NCBI GenBank assembly: GCA_036172245.1
Contig: JAYWIR010000020.1
Coordinates: 2,108,001 to 2,172,000, forward strand
Direction of reading: 5' to 3'
Origin: Raillietiella orientalis
Taxonomy: Eukaryota
DNA: 64,000 nt
The position numbers and the translations under genes are program-made. Position 1 is the stretch's first letter. Every line of letters begins with the position of its first letter. Positions 12,960-21,399 of this stretch are shown in pieces. The notes under the pieces were generated by a model, which worked only from the letters and a program-made list of their open reading frames with translations, did not search any database and was not told the DNA's origin.

Positions 12960-14355
12960 GCAGAGCGTTTCTGCAGGCCCGCCGATTCTCCCGATGCCCG
13001 GACGTCCAGCATCTTGCGGAGTACAAGGCCAAGGCCGAGCTCCAGGTCTGGCAGTCTGGAGCGGCTTGTCTGCTCGACAACCAGGGCCTGGAATGCTCGA
13101 CCGAGGCCGATGTTCGCCGACTCTTAAAGCGCTACTACTCCTCGTTGTATGCTAGTGAGCCAACGGAACGCAGTCCTTTCGAGCTGCTTTGGCGAGTCTG
13201 AGCCATCTTGGCTCTCAACTTCGCCAAATGGTTGCCTTGGTAGACGAAATCCCTGGATCTTCGTCCTGCCCGCAAACTGGGCTATTTGGCTGCAGGAGTC
13301 AGTTCTCGTCTGGGGCAGGATCAACGGCACGAGCGAGGAAGCAGAGTTCATCTGCCTACAAAACGGCAGATGCGCTCGTCAGGAGTTGAGGAAGATCCTG
13401 GGAAACACAACGAATCTTCTGTGGGCGTCGTTCACCCTCCTAGCCCCAGTGCTGCCCTTCCTACGGGGAGCATGGGACAGCGAACTTCCAGCAAGGTGGA
13501 AGGTGACGTGCACTATCGAAAATAGAAGAAAACATCTAAGTGCGTGGACAACTCGGGAGCTGACAGATGCTGCCGCCCTGAGTGTCACGCCGAAAAAACC
13601 GCCACGCTGTGGAGAGCTGCTACAAATTCCTCCGGAGGAAATGAAGTGGCCCCCAGCGTGCTGGAACAGTGAAATCCTCCACCTCATAAAGTGGCAGGAG
13701 TCGACGATCCTTCTGTTGTATTGGGGTCTCCCGTGCAAACACCTGACGACACCACTGGACCCGAGGGAGTGAGAGTCCCAAGTGCAGCAGGTGCGGCGAA
13801 AGAGAGTTCCTCCCTCACCTGCTCTTGTTGTCCTCCGTTCTTTGTGGGCACGCTTGCCTTGGATGCGTCCCTGCAGATTCCCGAAGGCAACCCCAGTAAC
13901 CTCCTGAAGAGCCCCTTCCTGCGCGAAGCCTCCACGCCAGCCGCATCCCTAGCAGTACTTTGCTGCCCACGTGGGATCGTGGCTGCATAACCAGAGGAGG
14001 TCAAAACGATAGGGACATCATCTATTTTGCTGTCCTCTTCATGATGGCAGCGTCAAGCTGGACACCCTAGAATAGGAACTTGCAGGCATCCTTACATGGA
14101 TGCCGAGGACGCCCTCCAGCACCCGGTGAACCCTTCCCGAACCCTCTCATTTTTTTTGTGCATATTTTTTTGCTTCATTTTTCCTTTTTGTTTGTCCTCC
14201 TCCCCTCTGTTGCCGAGGCGAACCTCGCCGGCATGTGTTCCAGTCCTCGGCAGGTTTCCATGGTTACATTTGTAACGTGGCAGGACCGAGTGTCCTGCCC
14301 CTGACTGTATGTCTATTTTTTTATATATAAATAAACGCCCCGGCTCAACCGGGTG
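12960..14355 (+). mobile_element. Tx1/L1-clade LINE (copy 5), internally deleted
   Basis: The linker motif LKRYYSSLYASE (about 13125-13160) is joined almost directly to sequence matching 3590-4764 (NLLWAS..LAP.LPFL, ELL.IPPEE.KWPPA.W). Zinc finger at about 13780-13830; AATAAA-hairpin end at 14330-14355. Confidence 0.85.
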
Positions 14356-14359
14356 TCAA

Positions 14360-14500
14360 ACCAGTGCCATCTCGATCGGGGACTCGAACTCATGACGCAC
14401 CCCCCATTCCTCGGCGTTTCAATCGTTCCTCGGGTGGGATTCGAACCCGCGGCCGCACGGTCTTTAGCGCGGGCATCGCAGGTGCGAGGTGAAACTCGTG
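14360..14500 (-). mobile_element. tRNA-derived SINE family, copy B (head only, abutting LINE 3' end)
   Basis: B box at 14447-14437 plus the ACGCCGAGGAATGGGGGGTGCGTC core. Confidence 0.6.
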
Positions 14501-14799
14501 GCAGGGAACCTTCCTTCTCCGGTCCGACCAACACGGGAATTCCATCCACCAGCGGAGCCAGAGGTGACGGGAAGGAAGAGGGGAGGAGTTGTTCCCTCGG
14601 AGACACCAGGGGTCTTCTGCACCCTGGGGGAGGAATGAACGGGAAGGACTTACTGGGAAGCGTGTGAGGAGGAGACGCGGGCTCAGAGACGCCTCCATGA
14701 GAGTCGCCGGGGAAGCGGCGGTTCTTCGGTGACGCGCGAAGTCGAAAAATGAAATGGGACGGCTCCCGAGGAGATCTCGGAGCAAACAAGAAAAAAAAA

Positions 14800-15850
14800 G
14801 AAAGGAGCTGCTTGCGCACACCGCCGATCGTTACGAGGGCACTGCTGCGCCTGCCTTGCTGACATGCAGGAAGGGAGAAGTTAGGCGGAGGGGGAAGGTC
14901 CACTGCCCTCTGCGGAAGGCACTTGGCACTAGGCAGCATCCAGCCATCCAGACAGGCTCCTCCCCCACTCTGGGGGCGGACTGCGTCGCGGGCGGACCCG
15001 CAGTTGGGTCCGCGCTCAAGGACGAAAAGGGAGCGCTCAGCACACGCCGCCAGCGACGACCACGCGTGTCGAGGGGCCGGGTGGAGGATCAAGGCGATGT
15101 GACGAAACGGCACGTTTCCCCGTTTCCAGAGCAAGCAAGGGAGGCAGGGAGGTCCTGGGATGCTGCTGCTGGACGCGGAAGAGGAGCCGGTCGGGAGAGC
15201 GCCGGATGCTGACGGGCTCAGAGCGGCTCGCAGGTGCGAGAGACGGGAGCGCGGGAGGACCGCGCTCCCGTTAGACCCCGACCGCGATAAGGCACCTCGT
15301 TCGGAGTTTTTATTACTCCCTTTACGCCAGGGCATCCCCGGGATGGGACGGGGAGGGGGAGGGGAGGCAAACCGCCGGAACGTCCCCTTCCCGCGCTCGT
15401 TGCGAAGTCTTGGGAGCGATTCCCAATCCGCCGTCGCGTCGGGGCTTTCTCGGGGCATCCCGTAGGAGAAACCCCGACACCAATGCCTCCGGGATCGGAC
15501 TGGGGGCCGGGAAGAGTTGCCCTCGTCCGCGCGCTCGACTTCGGGAGCGAAGTGGGAGATCTCGGATGGCTCCGCGAGGGGAAACTCCTTCCCGGCGTTC
15601 GGGATACCTCAACGTCCCGACCAGCGGACGAGCGCTGCCTCCCGGTCGTCTCCTCCGTGCCTGCAGCTTCCTGCTACGGTGCAGACTCCTCGTCTTCCGC
15701 CGCCCCACCTGGTGCACCCAATACCGGCGCTCCGAGCAGCCAGGAGCACGGGAAAGCTCGCAGACCCTGGAGCTTCCCCCTGTCCTTTCCGGTTTTGCGA
15801 GGCGAGATGGCGCCGCGAACCGCAACTGAGGCGCTGCGCTTCCGTGCCGT
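14800..15850 (+). mobile_element. Highly decayed Tx1/L1-clade fragment (linker and RT start, copy 6)
   Basis: 15276-15341 encodes PTAIRHLVRSFYYSLYARASP and is the near-exact reverse complement of 11328-11393. The flanks show only weak similarity, so boundaries are approximate. Confidence 0.6.
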
Positions 15851-16619
15851 CCGCGTGCCATTTTCTCCTCGCACTGGTCGCTCAACGCTGCCGTGCTTGC
15901 ACGCGCGCGCGCGCGAACACGTGATTACGGGGCACCCACTCATCAACGGGCATCCGCCGTCTTTGAATTTAGGGCCCGAAGGACGAACGGCTGGGCCATT
16001 TTTGCAAATGAATAGCCATAGTGCATTGAGGATGTTGGAGAGGAGGGTTGGGTGCTGGCTCCGGACGTGACAATGTCACCCTCGGTCCGCGACCACGCGA
16101 CAGCGATCCACAGTGGCAGGACTCTCCTTGCCCTGGCGGAACCGCCGCACCCTCGCTGAAGAGCGGTCTCTCTTCGCTTCCCTGGGACCGCCTCCGTCCC
16201 CGTCCCCGTCGTCGGCAATGACGGCCTCTCCTGGGGCGCGAGTCCTCCCGCATGCCTCACTTGGGGGAGAGGAAGCACGCGAGGACCCCCAGCCACTCGC
16301 ACACATTGCGGCCTGTCGTTCCGGATGCGTATCCCGCGCGACGGGACACAGGCTCCGCCGCCGGCGTCACATCAGGAACGTCTCCTTGATCCAGATGGCG
16401 GGTTCTGCGCCGGCGCTACGTTCGCCGCCTGGACGAGCCACGTGCACGCCAGAGCAGAGCGGGAAGCGTCGGCTGCTGCGGCGACGTCCTGCTCGCGAAG
16501 ACGCACTGCAGCTGACCTCCGTCCGGAGATCCCTTTGACGCCGCCTTCCGTCTTCTCCGGACAGGGGAGATCTGCATTCCTCCTGTCCACGCTCCACGCC
16601 GCCAGAGGGTGCGCGCGAA

Positions 16620-16980
16620 AACCGCGCTTCCCGGAGGACGCGCTCCACGGATCCAGGAAGGAGTTCCGTTCCTCTTGAGTCTGGTGGGGAACCCCGAAAG
16701 GAACCATCTCTCTCTAGTTCTCTCTGGAGGGACCCCCGGAGTCGACGGAGGGGCATCCGGCTTTTACTGGCTTCCACCCGTGCTGCGCACCCCAAGTCTA
16801 CCGGGCATCCAGCGTCATCTCGCAGCGGGGATGGGACTCGAAATCCACAACGCACTCTTCCCCCCATTTCCCAGGCGTCCATCCTTCCCCGGGGGGGGGT
16901 TTCGAACCCGCTCCACTCGGTAACACCACGTGCGGAGAGACCGCAGCCAACCGACCTTCGCTCAACTCGGGAGACGAGTC
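16620..16980 (-). mobile_element. tRNA-derived SINE family, copy C
   Basis: Minus-strand head TGGCTGCGGTCTCTCCGCACGTGG..GGGTTCGAAACC; plus-strand CCAGCGTCATC core and ATCCAGGAAGGAGTTCCGTTCCTCTTG tail motif. Confidence 0.6.
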
Positions 16981-17899
16981 CCGGAATTTTCCCCATTTTT
17001 TTTCTTCTCTCGCGCCTTTGCTTCCTTCCTTTGGGCGCGTTCCCTATTTCCGGTCTAGGGAACATACGTTGGATGGATATGGTGCGAATGAGGTGAACCT
17101 GTCAAGGATCTTCTCTGAAAGCCATGCGAGTGTGGACAGCTAACGCCTCCCCCCCCCCTTCAAGGAAAAAGAAAAAAACACACACACACACGCACCGCTT
17201 CAAGCTCCACCTTCCGGGAATCGCTGCTGCTGAGGACCGAACGGTGTTCAGCGCCGAGAAGAAACAGCGGTGCCCCCCCCCCTCAACCTCGCGTTTCCAC
17301 GGAAACTTACCCGCCCTTGGCCACCCCCGTTTTGCCGTACGCAGGCGCGTGCGCTATGCAGCAGCCTGGTCGGATCCCTTCTCTCCTCCTTGCTGACGGC
17401 TTTCGCCCGGATCTCCAGCCAGGCTGTCCTGCGCGCCCACGCTGGATCCCATTCTCGAGAGAGGCGCATCCTTTTCGCAACGGGCACGCTGGTCTCCATT
17501 GGGACGGGGGTGCGCCTCTTCTGCTAGCAGAGAGAGAGAGAGAGTGAGCTTGAAAGATGTTGCTCCTCCCCCTGCGAACGAAAGATGCGAGATTTTTCCC
17601 TTCGCCCTGGAGGTTGACTACCTCTTTGTTCTCCCTCTCAAAACCACCGAATCATCGAACCATGGAAACCATCGGATCATTGAAAAATGAGCCCGGGATC
17701 CACTTGTGGCGGTAATTTGACAAATTATCTTTATCCCGGCAATTAAGAATGGAATTCGTCGTCTTCGTTAGGGAGTTAATAACTGCAAAGAAGGGCGTTC
17801 ACTCTCCCGAGTGTCTGGCGTCGGTGGACACGACGAAAACTCTTCGCCGGCGTCACCTCGCAGCGGCTCCTCGCCAAGGCGATGTGCCGAGAAGCCTCT

Positions 17900-18600
17900 A
17901 GAGCGCAACACCTGTCAGGGTCGGGAGGAGAGGCGGTGCCACTCAGTCGCGCCACGCTGGGGGTGCTCGGCGGTTCTCCCGACAGGGGTCGGGAGAGAGG
18001 ACCTCGGAGAGACGACCCCGACCCGCTGGTGGGGATCCCTTCCCCTCCCCCCGCGCACCTGAGCGCGCGCGCAGAGAGAGCGCCGTTCGTGGACGCCTCT
18101 ACTCCTCAAGACCCTCGAAAATCTGTCCAAGGGCTGGGAATGGGGAACGCAGGCATGCGCATCCTTCGCTCCTCCTTCGCTTTCCGGCTCGCAGCAGCGG
18201 TCTTCGGGCCGACGCGTCTTCCGAGCGCACATCGTTGCAAGACGCGCTGGTGGGCAGCTGCCGCTACTCTTGACGGCGCGTGGTCCCTCTTCCAGATTCA
18301 CGTGCATCCCCCCCCTTCCGCGTCTCCCCTTCCCCTTTCCGCGTTAGAAGAACCGCTTCCCGATCGCGTCGGAAGAATGGACGGAGCAACCATGTGCGGG
18401 TCGGTGGAGCCGGGAATTCATCTGGACGGAGCGACACGCAGAAGCCAAAGACCGCCCATCGACAACTGGCAATCCGCTCGCAAGGGCCCGGGTTCCCATG
18501 CACTCCGAATTCCCGGAGCATTTTTGACCGGGTCACATCCATGCTGATTGCCTCAAAGATGAGGAAGGGCGGCGGCGGCCGTGTGGGGATGCCACACACC
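17900..18600 (+). mobile_element. Decayed Ty3/Gypsy RT fragment
   Basis: ATLDGAWSLFQIHVHP resembles the RT motif S.LDL..GY.QI.V.P, with weak flanking similarity. Confidence 0.35.
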
Positions 18601-19269
18601 CCGCCTTGGTGCGGCTTTTCTGCTGCTCCGCCTTCCAGTTCTTCCGCGAGTGCTCGAACGCGGCACTAGAGTGCGTGCGAGCGTGCCGAGCGGGCGTCTC
18701 GGAGCTGCTGCTTCCCTGTTTCCCGCGGTGGCCTCCGCCGGCGTTTCCGCCGCCACCGCCTGAAGGGGGCACTGGGAGCGGCGAGAACACTTTTTCTTCT
18801 TATCTCTGCGAAAGATCGAGAGTCTTACCTCCTCCTTACCCCCGCACCCCTACCCCTACGCGCGCCCTCGCTGGACCCTTGACCCCCCAGGCTCTCTCCG
18901 CACACGGCGGCAGCAGCGGCGGAGAGACAGAGAGAGACCCTCCGCTTCGTTCCCGCGGACGCCCGCCGCCGTTCCGCGTGTGGTCTTTGACGCTCGGAGC
19001 CCCCTCCTGCGGGAAACAAACTCCGACGGCCCTGGAGTCGCATATCATGCCTCGAGGCTTGTGTGTGTGTGTGTGTGCCACGAGCGGCTTCCTAACCGCA
19101 TGATCCGCGAAAAAGAGAGCGACTCCTTTACGTGCCATCCCATCCATCCGTCCTCCCTTCTGGGCCAAGGCAGGGGGGCGGGGTAGAGGAGAGAAACAAC
19201 ACCAAACACACACACATTCGGAATGACACGAAATTGCACGAAAGCAAAGGAAGCCTCCTGTGGCTAACG

Positions 19270-19610
19270 ATCCACTTAAACCACAGAGTCCTTTGATCCT
19301 TTTCATTCTTCCCCTCTTCCGCAGATCCCCCGAATGATGGGAGGAAAGCCAGCAGCAACCACCCGTGGTAATGATGGCTCGTCAAGGTGGCGTTGCGCTC
19401 CCGCCGGTCCTGGACAATCTTGGCTACCCCTTTGACTCCGATTGGGGGCGCCACCAATAAACACATCAAGTTAATGGCGCGCTTGTTATAACCTCCTCCC
19501 CCTCGAAATTAATTCTCATCAGTGCCCGATTGGCAATGCGCGGACCGTGAAATCGCATTTTCCCGCGAGCTAATGGTGCACGGAAGCTATAAAAAGGTAT
19601 AAAAGAGCCG
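19270..19610 (+). promoter_or_regulatory. Pol II promoter of the orphan ORF
   Basis: TATAAAAA 19588-19595 and TATAAAA 19598-19604; CCAAT/ATTGG at 19441, 19454 and 19529; several TAAT cores; adjacent CCACTTA (19272), AACCACA (19279) and CCTTTGATC (19290) motifs. Confidence 0.55.
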
Positions 19611-19633
19611 TCGGTGGCACTCTAGGCAGAGGA

Positions 19634-20806
19634 ATGCCTAGGAGCCGTCGCGTGCAGCCTTCTTGGGCGACAAGTGTGGAAGGAATGACCCCAGGAATGC
19701 CTGTGCACGGTGGCTATCCCGGTGACGTTCGCTATGCGGCAGGAGCGGACGGGACTAGGCCACACACCTACTGCTTCCAATACGCCGACGAGAGAACGCA
19801 GGCAGAAGTTACCGGTGCGAAGCCTGAGGGCTTCTGGTACGCCCGCGAGACGCGAGCACAAGTGACCGGTGCAAAGCCCGAGGACTTCCGGTACGCCGAG
19901 AGGATGCAGGAGGAAGTGACTGGGGCGAGCGAACCCTACAGCTTCCAGTATTTCAACCGGAACACGTGCTTGGAATCTGTTGGATTAACCCAAGGTATGC
20001 TGACTCCTTTTTCTTGTTACTCATTTGCATCCAATGAGCCTTCAGGAGGAGGTACGACTACTATCCCTGAATACGGCGACTGCATCCCCGTGGAAGGAGG
20101 CGGAAGCGAACCGGAAGGAGACTACAGATTTCAGTACTCTTCACTGCCCAATAGAGAAGCCGTGCAACCGCCCCAAAATTGGACCTGGCAGCACTGCGCG
20201 CCCAGCGAACAGTATGCTCCAAGGAGTCACGCGTTGTACTACCCGTACGCACCCACGGGGCGATATTTGGACGATGGCTCCTACTATCCGTCTGAGCCCA
20301 CGGAAGGAGGTGGGGTGCCGGACTTCCACGACCTCCAGCAGAAGCACCCTTTTCTATCAGCAGAAATCCATGGACTGCAACCTTCCTGGGGCTGCGTCTT
20401 ACAGCATCCGTACGGGAAGGGCGAAGAGGCCGCAGCGACGGCCCAGGCGTACGGCTGTTGCGGCGCGTGCGCGTCCGAGGAAGGCGCGCCGCCGCAAGGT
20501 GGCTGGTGCTACTACCACCACCAGCCGTACGGGTTCGTGCCTCAACATCCCTGCTTCTTGCGCTACTCACACGAGCTCACGTCTGCCCAGGTGACGAGCA
20601 CGCCCGCCTTCCTCGTTTTCCACCACGCCCACGTGAGGACTGAAGCCTTGGTCGCCGGAGAGCCACCGGGAAGCCAACCTTCGCAGTACTACGTGTCGCT
20701 TTGCAAGATGGAGCACGCGCTCATGACGTGGCACATCGGGCAGCTCACGCCCGCCGAATTTCCCCCGTGGAACTACTGGGGGCCCTTCACCATAAGGCTC
20801 CTGTGA
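19634..20806 (+). CDS. Uncharacterised 390-aa Tyr/Gly/Pro/Gln-rich protein with three tandem 18-19 aa repeats (orphan gene candidate)
   Basis: The ATG-to-TGA ORF starts about 30 nt after a double TATA box and ends 14 nt before AATAAA (20821-20826). Internal repeat units are 57/54/57 nt, with synonymous third-position changes in the conserved core. No recognised domain. The true start may be the second Met (19685). Confidence 0.6.
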   Translation: MPRSRRVQPSWATSVEGMTPGMPVHGGYPGDVRYAAGADGTRPHTYCFQYADERTQAEVTGAKPEGFWYARETRAQVTGAKPEDFRYAERMQEEVTGASEPYSFQYFNRNTCLESVGLTQGMLTPFSCYSFASNEPSGGGTTTIPEYGDCIPVEGGGSEPEGDYRFQYSSLPNREAVQPPQNWTWQHCAPSEQYAPRSHALYYPYAPTGRYLDDGSYYPSEPTEGGGVPDFHDLQQKHPFLSAEIHGLQPSWGCVLQHPYGKGEEAAATAQAYGCCGACASEEGAPPQGGWCYYHHQPYGFVPQHPCFLRYSHELTSAQVTSTPAFLVFHHAHVRTEALVAGEPPGSQPSQYYVSLCKMEHALMTWHIGQLTPAEFPPWNYWGPFTIRLL

Positions 20807-20820
20807 GCACCTGTGTCCTC

Positions 20821-20826
20821 AATAAA
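20821..20826 (+). terminator. Polyadenylation signal of the orphan ORF
   Basis: AATAAA immediately downstream of the TGA at 20804-20806, in otherwise GC-rich DNA. Confidence 0.55.
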
Positions 20827-21399
20827 CTAGTCTCTAGTCCCTCCGATCTGCTTCCGTTTTTCCCCCACCGCAGTCGGAGGTCTGTCCGCGCAGGACAGAT
20901 TGATCTGTGTCGAGCGACCTTCGGGCCGATGGAAAAACCTTCCGGGAGGACCTCAAAGCCTGCAAGAAAGCTGCCGGCTAGCGCAGCCGCCGGGCTGGAG
21001 AAACGCATGCGATCCGCGCACGTCCGGACAGACCACACGACTACCTGCGTACACCGTCGCGTTGGCGGGTGCGCAGGTCGCACCGCTGCGAAAGCGTGCC
21101 GGCCGCGCGTGGGGATCACATGCAAACGGGAATGCAGTACCTGCGTGCGTGTGTCCGGGAGCTGCGACTACGCCGGGACGTCTGCGGCAGTCCGGCTCTA
21201 CGGGCATCTCCGGGCACACAGTAAGCACGCGCGCCCGAAGTCATGTCGAAGGGAGGAGTAACTTCAAAGGCACTTCCCGAAAAAATTCCGAACTCATGGA
21301 GGGAGGGCGGAGGGGTGCACGGCGTGCACGCGTGTCCCGTGGCACAGTGCCTTCCGAACTTCTGCTCACGTGGGCGGATGCACATGGAGCGATGCCAGC

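Noticed and set aside
19495..19540. Hammerhead ribozyme (minus-strand CTGATGA followed by a short stem)
   Set aside because: The stem is followed by GAGG rather than GAAA, and no convincing stems I/III were found. The other CTGAnGA hits I checked also lack the core.
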